Source: an uncultured delta proteobacterium
GTDB taxonomy: Bacteria > Desulfobacterota > Syntrophobacteria > Syntrophobacterales > Syntrophobacteraceae
Assembly (NCBI GenBank): GCA_963727975.1
Contig: CAVSIN010000018.1
Location: 11,084-75,083 of the forward strand
Reading direction: 5' to 3'
Length of the DNA: 64,000 bases
The notes beneath the pieces were generated by a model. It was given only the letters and a program-made list of their open reading frames with translations, was not told the origin of the DNA and ran no database searches. Shown here piece by piece: positions 1 through 9,828 of this stretch (within the stretch, counting starts at the first letter, position 1; every line of letters begins with the position of its first letter). Made by a program: the position numbers and the translations under genes.

Positions 1-73
1 TCCGCGCAGGGATCGCTGTGAAACACTCCGGGCAGATGCTTTCGGTTTCTGAGAGAAAGACTTCTTCCATCAT
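1..73 (-). CDS. 5' end of a gene that runs off the window; N-terminus MMEEVFLSETESICPECFTAIPAR with a CxxC motif, function not assignable
   Basis: The ATG at 71-73 (a second in-frame ATG lies at 68-70) overlaps the TGA stop of the upstream gene in an ATGA arrangement. Only about 24 codons are visible. Confidence 0.3.
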   Translation of the reverse strand, partial: MMEEVFLSETESICPECFTAIPAR

Positions 74-522
74 GGGCGCGCGCGAGTAGGATCGAACCCG
101 TTTTCAACCAGCAGGCTCTTTACTTTCTCATAGACGCCAACCACCAGAGTCGGACATCGCGCCGTCCGGTTCTTGGGGTCGTCGTCCAAAATGGCGCTGC
201 ACCGGATGCCGCCATACATTTCACCGAATTGGCCGGAGAACCATTCGACCAGTTCGGAAACCATGAGATTGAGCTTCGGGTCCTCTTCCTCTTCCGGGGT
301 CCCTCTTCCGGCGTAGAGCCCCAGCAGGCAGGCCCCGCCCGTGAGCGCTCCGCAGACATCTCCGGAAAATCCCATCCCTCCCGCAAGACCGCTCATGGCC
401 CTGATGACGTCGGCATCGCTCTTTCCTTGCGCCTCAAGGCCCAGGAAAAGCAGGATTTGACTGCAGTAAAAACCCTGCCCGGAGAGTTCGATCATTCTAA
501 CGGCGTCGCTTGTCACTGGCAT
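70..522 (-). CDS. C_GCAxxG_C_C family putative redox-active protein
   Basis: Intact 150-aa ORF with the motif DVCGALTGGAC plus upstream and downstream Cys residues typical of the family. GAGGAG RBS lies before the ATG. Confidence 0.8.
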   Translation of the reverse strand: MPVTSDAVRMIELSGQGFYCSQILLFLGLEAQGKSDADVIRAMSGLAGGMGFSGDVCGALTGGACLLGLYAGRGTPEEEEDPKLNLMVSELVEWFSGQFGEMYGGIRCSAILDDDPKNRTARCPTLVVGVYEKVKSLLVENGFDPTRARP

Positions 523-544
523 AACTCCTCATATTCTTTAGAGT

Positions 545-1294
545 TCACGCACACCCGCCGTTTGCAGGCTTCTCTGCGACAGCCAGGAAATATCCGAATC
601 CGGCAAGGGAGACCGCCTGCTCGATTCTAAACCCTTCCGAGGGGCCGGCGCCCGTTAGCGAACACCACACGGACTGCCCGGATTCCCGGGAAAGGATGAT
701 CTGTGCGGCAAAATGTTTCAGCGCCGGAGAATGGTCCTCCCATTCAAGAACGGCAAACCCGCTGTCCTTGAGTTTGCACATGAGTTCATCGTGTGAGAGC
801 GCCCCGCTCAGGCAGCAGTCCAGGGACAACGCCCGAACGCCCGGAAGGGCCTCGACATTGCGCACATATACATCGCTTAGGATCAGCTTCCCACCTCGCC
901 TTAGAACGCGGAAGCACTCCCGCAGAAACCTTGGAGGGTCTTTGGAAAGCGACAGGCTGCATTCCGCGAGAACGCCGTCCCATTGGGCGCCCTGGAAGGG
1001 CAGGCTCTCTCCTGTGGCCCGAATTAGGGGCATGCGGCTATTTCTTGAACGCGCCTGAGCGATCATCGGCGCCGAAGGGTCAACACCCGCTGAAAAAAAC
1101 CCGAACCGTTGGATCAGGCGTTCCACCGTAGCCCCGGTCCCACACCCTACGTCGAGAAGGCGGGCGCCGGGAGGAAACGAACACAGGGAAAGCGCTCGCT
1201 CGGTCAGCGCCGCCCCACCCGGACGGACGAAGCCGCCCGCAACTCCGCTTGCGGCGATTCGTTCATAAACCTTGCACTCGCCGGCGTTGGCCAT
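545..1294 (-). CDS. Class I SAM-dependent methyltransferase
   Basis: Motif I LLDVGCGTGATV and KLILSD post-I region. I place the start at the internal ATG (cat at 1292-1294, MANAGECKVY) rather than at the ORF-track start. Confidence 0.8.
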   Translation of the reverse strand: MANAGECKVYERIAASGVAGGFVRPGGAALTERALSLCSFPPGARLLDVGCGTGATVERLIQRFGFFSAGVDPSAPMIAQARSRNSRMPLIRATGESLPFQGAQWDGVLAECSLSLSKDPPRFLRECFRVLRRGGKLILSDVYVRNVEALPGVRALSLDCCLSGALSHDELMCKLKDSGFAVLEWEDHSPALKHFAAQIILSRESGQSVWCSLTGAGPSEGFRIEQAVSLAGFGYFLAVAEKPANGGCA

Positions 1295-1316
1295 GAGAAC
1301 CCCTTTTCCAATGCGC

Positions 1317-1526
1317 CTATTTATCCTCGAGAAGCTTTTCGACTTCGGCCATCTTGCCGAGCGCAAGGTCTTCCGGGATAAACACAAGTCCACATCCTGG
1401 GCATCTCAACAGGTCCACGGGAAACTCATTCCCGAGGTAGGAGATGGGGACCTTGCTCATCTCCAGGGGCAGGCTGCATTTCATGCACGACCAAATCTTT
1501 TCTTCGATGCGCTCCTGCGGAATCAC
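1317..1526 (-). CDS. Small zinc-ribbon (CxxC...CxxC) protein of the MOP-associated cassette
   Basis: 69-aa ORF with CMKC ... CPGC. Its start overlaps the stop of the upstream oxidoreductase by 4 nt. Confidence 0.65.
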   Translation of the reverse strand: MIPQERIEEKIWSCMKCSLPLEMSKVPISYLGNEFPVDLLRCPGCGLVFIPEDLALGKMAEVEKLLEDK

Positions 1527-3887
1527 GGTTTCATGTCCTCGCCGATTTCCATGCGATGGCTGTACGCGTTATAAACAATGAACTCATCCCCCGAAGGGGA
1601 GTATTCCACCCAGTAGGTGACGCTCGCCGGCTTGTGGTGGGCCAGAAAATGGCCGGTATTCCGGTTCAGAAGCCTGCGACCCGTTCCTTCGCAATGGCCG
1701 ATCACCTGCTGCACGTCCTCCACAAGGATCAGGCGCTCCTCCATGAGTTGCTTGACCTCATCGGAAATCTTCAGCCGGAGGGTTTCGTAACCTTGCGCCT
1801 CAGCCGGGGTCTCTCCCCACCACTTCCTTAGCATCGCGTTTTTCAACCTGACCCGGTTTTCATGACGCTGCGAATAGACGGGACCTTTGCGCAACGCGGC
1901 CTCATCCCTCGGGGTTTCAAACATGAGGTCCAAGAGATGAAGGGCGCGCTTGCCGCTCGAGGCGAGATAATCCCGGCACATGGCGCAATAAGCCAGGTAG
2001 TCGAGCGGGCTCTGTTCGATGCGCCGCCGGATGGCGCTCTTTGCGAGGTCCCGATTGGCGAAAAACATGAGCCCGCCATAGCCGCAACATTCCGTCTTGT
2101 CACGGCTCAAAGGCAGCTCTTCGATTTCGAAGCCGAGACGGCGCAGGATATTGCGCACGCTCTCCTGAATGGCGCTCTCATTGCGGGTGGTGCAGGCGTC
2201 ATGCACCGCGATGACCTCGCGCTTTTCCGCTTTCACGCTTTCAGGCAGGCCCAGGCTGTCCAGAGTTTCCCAAAGCGAGGTGATCCGCACATCCGGAAGA
2301 TGGGTCTTAAAAACCTCATAACAGGTCGAGCATGCGAGTATCAGGCGCGGACTCCCCAGGTCCCGCCACAGGGCGAGGAAATCTTCCTGAACGGACCGAA
2401 GAAGCTCCACCCGGCCCGACCAGTCCGCCGGGGCCCCGCAGCACCGGGACATGAACCCGACCCCGCCGGAAAGTCTCAAGGCCAGCAGCGTATAGACCCT
2501 CTTCACATGCTCGGGGGCCGATGCGATGAGTTGGCACCCCGGAAAGAAAAGAAACCGGCTCTGGACGGTCCCGGGCTGATGGCGGGCGAAGGCGCATTTG
2601 TCGCTGTTGCTGAACAACATGTCCCTCAAGGGGAAGTCATGGGCCGAGGGCGGCATCCTTCCCTGTTCCACCATGGTCTCGCGGGCCTTTTTGCAAACCA
2701 GCCCCATGTGCAGGTCCTCAGGACAGACCTCCCGGCACAGCCCGCAGAGACTGCACGAATTGATGAGCTTGTTTGCATGACGGTGGCCCATGACGATGGA
2801 AAGGTTATTGTAGATCTGGCGCACATACTTTTTGGGATAAGCGCGAAAACTGTTGAGATATTCACATACCTTGACGCATTCGAGGCACTGGCATTGCAAG
2901 CATCTTGCGGCCTCGCGCGCGGCTTCTTCCCGGGAATAGCCCTGGTGCGGCTCGCTAATCGGCGTGGCCGAAAGCGGCGCGACACCCTCCATGCTGGTGT
3001 AGAGTCTAGTGGGAATTGGACCTTCGCCGGCGCGGGACGCCGTCAGGGAAACCTTTTGCAGGAACCGGTCGATGGAGATGGCTGCAATCCGGCCATCCGA
3101 AATGGAATGGATCGGGGACCCTTCTCCCTTCGCAAGGCGGTGAGCGCCTCCCGCAAAGACTTTTTCCCGGCCGGCGGCCAGGGTATGGCTGTCAACGGCT
3201 ATCCGGCCCTCGATGTCGGTGGCGAGGTCAAAGAGATCGGACGCCTGTTCACCGGGGGCAACATAGACGGCGTCGAAATCCTCGCAAAGGGCCTCGAAAG
3301 CAATATCAATCCCAACCGTTGTATTCAACCGAACCTCGACGCCGACGAGGTTCGAGAACACGCAGGTCCTTCGCAAGGACCTCCCGGGGAAGTATCTCTT
3401 CGGAGAAACGCCACAGGCTCCCCCCAAGAAGCGGCCCCTTCTCGAACACCACCACCCCGAATCCTTTTTTCGCCAGGTCGAAAGCGGCGGTCAGGCCGCT
3501 CAATCCGCCGCCCACAACCGCGACGCGTTTGTCTTTTTTTGGAAGCGCAGCGATTTTTTCCGGAAGTTCAGAGGCGTAATCAAGGCACGCCTTTTCGATG
3601 GCGACTACAGCCAGGGATTCCCCCGCTTCCTTGCGTTTGCACACCGATCGGCAGGGCTGATCGCAGACCCGGCTCACAATGCCCGGAAAAGGGACCGTTT
3701 TCTTGAGAATTTTTGCTGCTTCGGTGAAGTTTCCCCGAGCCGTTTCGGCCATCACGGCCCGCACGTCCACATGGACGGGACAGGCCGCGGCGCAGTTCGG
3801 AGGCTGCTCCTGAATGCATCGGTCTTCGAGTTTGCGCAGTTCGTCTTGTTCCATGGCGCCAAAGAACTTTCTCAGGATGAACGCCAT
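1523..3887 (-). pseudogene. Fused FAD/NAD(P)-binding (GltD-like) + 2x[4Fe-4S] + double CCG (HdrD-like) oxidoreductase, one frameshift as assembled
   Basis: The N-terminal ORF (3306-3887) has the Rossmann motif VAVVGGGLSGLTAA and Cys clusters. The downstream ORF (1523-3427) continues with LVGVEVRLNTTVG, then CLQCQCLECVKVC, CSLCGLCREVCP, CCGAP and CCGYGG. The frame switches near 3340-3400. Confidence 0.8.
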
Positions 3888-4022
3888 ACGGCGGAGACTA
3901 TGAGGTCTTGCAGTGAATAGTCAAAGGTCCTGAATAAATGAAGCTCCCTTCCGCCCTTCTGGAGGGCGGAAGGGAGCGATGGTTAAACTCTTTCAGAGCA
4001 GACGGCCGACTACACGACCTGT

Positions 4023-6760
4023 TCAGTGTGCGGCCTTGGCGTCCAGGCCTGCCTTCACCTTTTCCGGAAGGGCCGGCAGCCTGGTGATCCGTACGCCGCA
4101 CGCATTGTAGATGGCGTTGACGATGGAGGCGTGGGGCGAAGTCAGCGGAAGCTCTCCCACGCCGGCCGCTCCGAAGGGACCGTTGGCGCGCGGTGTTTCC
4201 ACGTATATGATATTGAGGTTATCAGGGATATCCTTGACATACGGGATGCCGCAGGCAAGCAGGGTAACATGTTTCTTGATATCCTCGAAGTCCTCCGAGA
4301 GCGCGAGTCCGATGCCCTGGGCCACGCCGCCGTAGATTTGCCCGTCCACTACGAGCTTGTTGTTGATCTTGCCGACGTCGGCCACGAGCGTAACCCCCTC
4401 GACTTTCACCTTGCCGGTCTTTACATCCACTGCGACTTCGCTCATGAAAACGCCGTACATATAGACAGCAAACGGCTTGCCCTGAGCATTTTCATCGCAC
4501 GCCGAATTCATCGAAGCTGCCCATTTGCCGGAGTAGCGAACGGGGATTTTTTCCGCTACCATCTCTTCATAGGTGCGGTAGCCGCCGTTCGGCTTTCTTC
4601 ATGGCCGCAAGAAGCAGCTCACACCCGCTCTTGATGGCGTTGCCGGTCACAACCTGCTGGCGGCTGCCGCCCGATGGGCCGCTGTTGGGAGTGACGGCCG
4701 TATCGTTCATGACCAGCTTGATTTTCTCGGGAGCGATTCCAAGGGGGCGCAGTGCTTCGTGCGCGGTGCCGAGAGCACCCCATGTCGGCGCCCTGGCCGT
4801 GGTCTTCCCAGCTTGAAAATACCGTGACGCCGTCCTTGGTGAGCTCGATGGCGACCTCCGAGCCGTCAGGTCCGTCGAGGCCGCAGCCGTAGATACCGAC
4901 CGACACGCCTACACCCTTCTTGACTTCGGCCGTAGATGAGGCCTTCTGGCCTTCTCTTTCGCCTTCTGGTAGAGAGGACGCAGCTTGTCGATCATTTCCT
5001 TGAAGCTGAAAACCTCCGGCTCCTGGCCCGTAGGCGTGGTGTCGCCCGTGCGGTAGACGTTAAGGGCGCGCAGTTCCAGCGGGTCCATGCCGATCTTTTC
5101 CGCCAGTTCGTCCATGAGCGACTCGCCGGCGAGGAAGCTCTGAGGGGAACCGTAAGCGCGGAACGCGGAGCCCCATGCATGGTTGGTGCACACCGTGCGG
5201 CCGCAGGCCCCGAATGTTGGGAATGCCGTAGCCTGCGCCGATGAACTGTGCTCCGCGCAGGGTGAGGAGATCGCCGAACTCGGAGTAGGGACCATGGTCG
5301 ACCATCCAATCGGATTCCATGGCGATTATCTTACCGTTCTTGTCCGCGCCGTACTTGAGCTTGATGAAGAAGGGCGAGCGCTTGCCGGTATAGGTGATGT
5401 GCTGGTAGTAGTCGTATTTGAGGAAAACCGGACGGCCGGTCGCCATGGCGGCCACCCCGACCAAGGCTTCCATGGTCGGGCTGAACTTGTAGCCGAAGGT
5501 GCCGCCGGTCGGGTTCTGCACCAGGCGCAGCTTATCGGGCTCGATGCCCAGACCCGGCGCGATCATGGCGTGGTGCAGATGGATGCCGATGCTCTTCGAG
5601 TGGATGGTGAGCCGTCCTTCGTCATCGAAATAGGCAAAACCGACGTCAGGCTCGATGGTCAGATGGGGCTGCCTCTGCAGGTAGAACTCGTCTTCTACGA
5701 CGTAGGCGGCCGAATCCATGAGCGGTTTTGTATCCCCTCCCTTTGCGATCTTCTGCTCGAAGTAGACGTTGGGGGTGCCGGGATGGATCTCGATGGCGTC
5801 ATCGGCCATGGCCGCAGGCGCGCTCATGTAGGCCGGAAGCTCTTCGAGCTTGACCTCGACCTTTTCGGCCGCCGCCCTGGCGTTCTCCACGGTGTCGGCG
5901 CAGACGATGGCGATGGCGTCGCCGAACTGGAAGACCTTCGTGTCGCACAGGATCGGACGGTCCCAGCCGTCGCCTTTGTTGGTCGGGAAGGTGATGAGGC
6001 CGGTGATGCGGTTTTTGCCCTTGACGTCCTTGTGGGTCACCACCTTGTAGACGCCGGGCATCTTTTCGGCTTCGGAGGTGTCGATGGAGAGGATGTTGGC
6101 ATGGGAGACCTTGGCCTGGACCAGGGCCAGCTGCAAGGCGTCGGGCGGCATCTTCAGCCCGAGGTCCGCGCCGTAGTCGCAGGTGCCGGTCACCTTGGCC
6201 AGCGCGCTCGGACGCGGATATTTCCCGCCCCAGATCCTGCCGTCGGCTGGGAGCTTGTAGGCCAGTTGTCTCTTTGGTGATCTCGCCGCGCAGGACACGC
6301 GCCGCATCCATGACCGCGTCGACCAGGGGTTTGTAGCCCGTGCAGCGGCAGGCGTTCCGATGCTTCTGAAACCAGTCGCGCACGTCCTCGCGGCTGGGCT
6401 TGGTATTCTGGTCCAGAAGGGCCTTGGCCGAAACGATGAAGCCGGGGCTGCAAAAACCGCACTGCGCTCCGCCGTGAACCATCCAGGCCACCTGGAGCGG
6501 ATGCAGGTTATCCGGCGTGCCGATGCCCTCGATGGTGGTGATTTGCGGCGCCATCCTCGACCTTCTTCATCTTGGTGACGCAGGAACGGACCACTTTGCC
6601 GTCCATGATGACCGAGCAGGCGCCGCACTGGGCCGTGCCGCAGCCCACTTTGGTGCCGGTCAGCCCGAGTTGTCCGCGAAGCACGTCCGCAAGCGAGGCT
6701 TCCGGGTTTACGATAATCGTCTCGTGATATCCCGTTGATGTTAAGGACCTTCTTCTCCAT
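4023..6760 (-). pseudogene. mop: Molybdenum aldehyde oxidoreductase of the Desulfovibrio gigas MOP type (xanthine oxidase family, 2x[2Fe-2S] + MCD domains), at least 6 frameshifts as assembled
   Basis: Successive frame pieces are nearly collinear with D. gigas MOP as I recall it: GCGTAQCGACSVIMDGKVVRSCVTKM, ITTIEGIGTPDNLHPLQVAWMVHGGAQCGFCSPGF, ADGRIWGGKYPRPSALAKVTG, GADLGLKMP ... GAQFIGAGYGIPNIRGL, WGSAFRAYGSPQS, WEDHGQGADMGC, GVAQGIGLALSEDFEDIKKH, GVGELPLTSPHA. ATG at 6760 is preceded by AGGAGGAGAT. Confidence 0.9.
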
Positions 6761-6798
6761 ATCTCCTCCTGCTTTGAGGTGAACGACAAACAAAGCGT

Positions 6799-7829
6799 TC
6801 AAGCGCCCTTGGCAAAGCCGCAGTCCGGGTACCTGCACTCCTCGCAATGCACGCACAGGCCGCCGTGCGCCAATCCGACGATATCCCTGCGCGTTATCTC
6901 TTCACCGGCAAGCAGCCTGGGGCAGAATCACGTCAAAGATGCTGGTCTTGTGGTACATGACGCACCCCGGCAGCCCCAGGACGGGAACATCCCCGAGATA
7001 GGCCAGCATGAACATGGCGCCGGGAAGAACCGGAGCGCCATAGGTCACCACCCGCGCGCCGCAATCCCGGATGGCCGCCGGGGTGACGATCATCCGGGTC
7101 CACCGACATGCCGCCCGTGACGATGATCATCTCGGCGCCCTGGCTCAAAAACGACCGGATCTCATCCACAATCCGCCCTCGGTCGTCGGACACAAAGGTT
7201 TGTCCGATGACGCGGCACCCCGATTCACCGAGTTTTTCACGAACGACGGGACCGAATTGGTCCTTGATCCGGCCATGGTAGACCTCGCTCCCGGTCGTTA
7301 CGATTCCGACGTTGAAGCTTCTGAAAAGGCAGGACTTCCATCAGCGGTTGTGCCGGGAGCAAATACGTCTCGACCAGCTCGATCTTGGACTCTTCGATGA
7401 CCAGCGGAATCACGCGAGTTCCGGCGAGCATCTTTCCCTTGGCAACCCTTTGGTTGGTGTGAAGGGTTGCGAAAACGATCTCTTCGGCGTTGATCTCAAA
7501 AAGGGCCTCGAGGTCGATCTTCAGCAGCCCGTCAACCGTCGCTGGAAGATCCACCTTGCCTTCCACGGGTCCGAGAGCGCGATGTTTCTCCCGGCCGCGG
7601 CCCGGGCAATCCGCACAGCGGCCTCATTTTCGTGGAGAAGACCGCTGTCGGCTTGGATATCCCAGGCAAAGACATGCTCTTTTCCCATGTCGAGCAGTTG
7701 CGGCACGTCCTCTTCCCGGAGGATGTGGCCTTTTCTGAAGGCGGGTCCCTTCGTCCGGCCCGGGATGATCTGAGTCACATCATGACACAGCACCATCCCT
7801 ACGGCGCACTGGACCTGAACCATCTTCAT
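6799..7829 (-). pseudogene. Molybdopterin-binding (MoCF-biosynthesis / MoeA-CinA-like domain) protein, about 3 frameshifts as assembled
   Basis: Pieces MKMVQVQCAVGMVLCHDVTQI..., EGKVDLPATVDGLLKIDLE..., SDDRGRIVDEIRSFLSQGAEMIIVTGGMSVDPDD and GAPVLPGAMFMLAYLGDVPVLGLPGCVMY. The C-terminus RLLAGEEITRRDIVGLAHGGLCVHCEECRYPDCGFAKGA is recovered if the C4 run (gggg at 6919-6922 on +) is read as C3. Confidence 0.75.
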
Positions 7830-8329
7830 AGATTTCTCCTTCAGGACTGACCGAAGGTATGGACAAACAGGCGTTACATAACAGTCTCACAAAAGATCAA
7901 TTGAAAACGGAGGTGGAATTTGCGCTTTGAGTATCCATCCACGGTTCGGCCGGCAAGTCCGGAATTTTTGAAATTCCTTCAATCACTTTGCGCCCTGGCT
8001 ATCGAGTCGGATTCAGGCTGTACGAACGATGGCGGCTGATCCGGCCTTCGGGACCCGGAACAGGCAAAATCCGTTCCATTCGTTATGATCAGTAGATTAG
8101 GTAATGATCTACAATAGTTAAGCAGAAGGGAGAATCAGGCGTTCATCTCCGTCCTGAACACTTTGAGTGACATAGACAGTAACCCGAAAGTTTCATGGGT
8201 GATATCTGTCACGACAAGTCCATCGCCGGCGCCTTTCGCCGTCAAATGAATCCGAATTATTACTATACTACCGGATCAGGGACGCGTCCATTCTCTTATA
8301 TGCACGGTATTTTCAGAATGCAAGTCGTG

Positions 8330-8527
8330 CTTGAGGCGCAACGGACCATTATCTTCCACTTAGTAACGCGAACGCCTCCAAGGCGTCCCGCACGCGCCCG
8401 GCGCGCATGCTAGACCCGGGCGCCGCGGGTCGGCCTTCCGCCCTTCGCGGGATACGATGCGAAGGAAGGCCTGCCTGCGGTACTGCGTATTGATGCAGTA
8501 TTGTATATAAGTCTGTCGTATGAGGAG
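8330..8527 (-). repeat. Intergenic repeat family, copy E (head 8477-8527 in minus orientation, GC-rich structured tail about 8330-8476)
   Basis: The reverse complement reads CCTCATACGACAGACTTATATACAATACTGC..., which matches the heads at 12518, 15306, 23962 and 58279. The tail contains GGCCTTCC...GGAAGGCC and TTCGC...GCGAA stems. Confidence 0.7.
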
Positions 8528-9669
8528 ATGAACGTGTCCATCGCTATGGTCGTCGCAGGCGCTTTTCTGATAATCATTGTACTGTGGGAGGCGTTCGAAA
8601 CCATTATTTTCCCGCGCCGGGTCACCCGGCGGGTGCGGCTGACCCGCATTTTTTACCGGATGACGTGGCGCGCCTGGAAAGCGGTCGTACACCTGATATC
8701 GGCCAGTCGCCTTAGGGAGAATTTATTGAGCATCTACGGGCCGCTTTCCCTGTTAGTGCTCCTGAGTTTGCTGGGCCTTCATGCTGATCCTGGGGTTCGG
8801 GCTCCTTCACCGGGGCGCAGCCGCCATATCGGAAGGCCAAACCAGCCTGGCCACAAATCTTTATTACAGCGGAACGACTTTCTTCACTCTGGGATTGGGC
8901 GATGTGCAGCCGCTCTCGCCTTTCGGCGCGACTGCTGACGGTAGCGGAGGCCGGGACGGGACTTGGTTTTCTGGCGATTGTTATCGGCTACCTGCCGGGT
9001 CTCAATCAGTCCTTTTCCAGGCGTGAGGTCAACATTTCTCTTCTGGACGCCCGCGCCGGTTCGCCGCCCACGGCCGCCGAAATGCTTTACAGGCACAACG
9101 ACGAGAATGGCATGGAATCGATCCGGGAGCTTTTGCACGAGTGGGAGAGATGGTCCGCGGAATTGCTCGAAAGCCACCTCTCTTATCCGGTGCTCGCCTA
9201 TTTCAGGTCTCAACACGATAACCAGTCGTGGCTCGCTGCGCTCGCGGCGATTCTTGATACGAGCGCGTTCGTAATGGTCGGCCTGGAAGGGGCCTGCGTG
9301 CGCCAGGCGCAACTGACTTTCGCCATGGCGAGGCACGCTGTCGTGGATCTTTCCCTGATTTTCGGAGTTACGCCCCGATGGCCGGAGCCTGACCGCCTTC
9401 CAGCCGCTCAACTGACGAACTTGAGATCCAGGTTGATGGCGGCTGGTTTGCGACCCCGGACGGGAGACGAGGCGGATCGAAAGTTACTGGAATTGCGCGG
9501 CATGTATGAGCCTTTGATTTTTGCCCTCTCAACGCATTTTCGTCTGGCCCTGCCGCCGTGGGTCCCGGAATCCGCCAGCGCCGACAACTGGCAGGCGAGC
9601 GTATCGATTCCGGAACGAGGCCAGATAAGGGTCGTTTCGTCACGAAGAAAAGGTGAGAGGCACTTTTAG
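8528..9669 (+). pseudogene. Two-TM potassium-channel-like (Ion_trans_2) protein with a cytoplasmic C-terminal domain, 2 frameshifts as assembled
   Basis: TM helices AMVVAGAFLIIIVLWEAF and LLVLLSLL..., pore-like YYSGTTFFTLGLGDV, then AEAGTGLGFLAIVIGYLPGL. Frame changes near 8780 and 8900. The start is uncertain (ATG 8528 or GTG 8534 after GAGGAG). Confidence 0.6.
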
Positions 9670-9828
9670 TCCTCTCCTGAGACCCATATTCACTACGTAT
9701 GGCGGCGCTGCATTCTTCATGCTCCAAACGTTAAGCTCTTCATGTTCGTGGCGGGCGCTTATGGTTTTTGTGCTATAATTTAAGATCGAGATAATCACGA
9801 TTCCCAAAACCTGGAAATAGATGCAAAC

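Noticed and set aside
1862-3706. Very long ORFs antisense to clear genes, for example 1862-3706 (+), 5183-6280 (+), 20562-21851 (-), 22055-22990 (-), 28567-29583 (-), 45751-46650 (-) and 56835-58169 (+).
   Set aside because: They are shadow frames typical of high-GC DNA. Their translations are low-complexity Arg/Gly/Pro-rich, and the opposite strand encodes strongly recognisable proteins.
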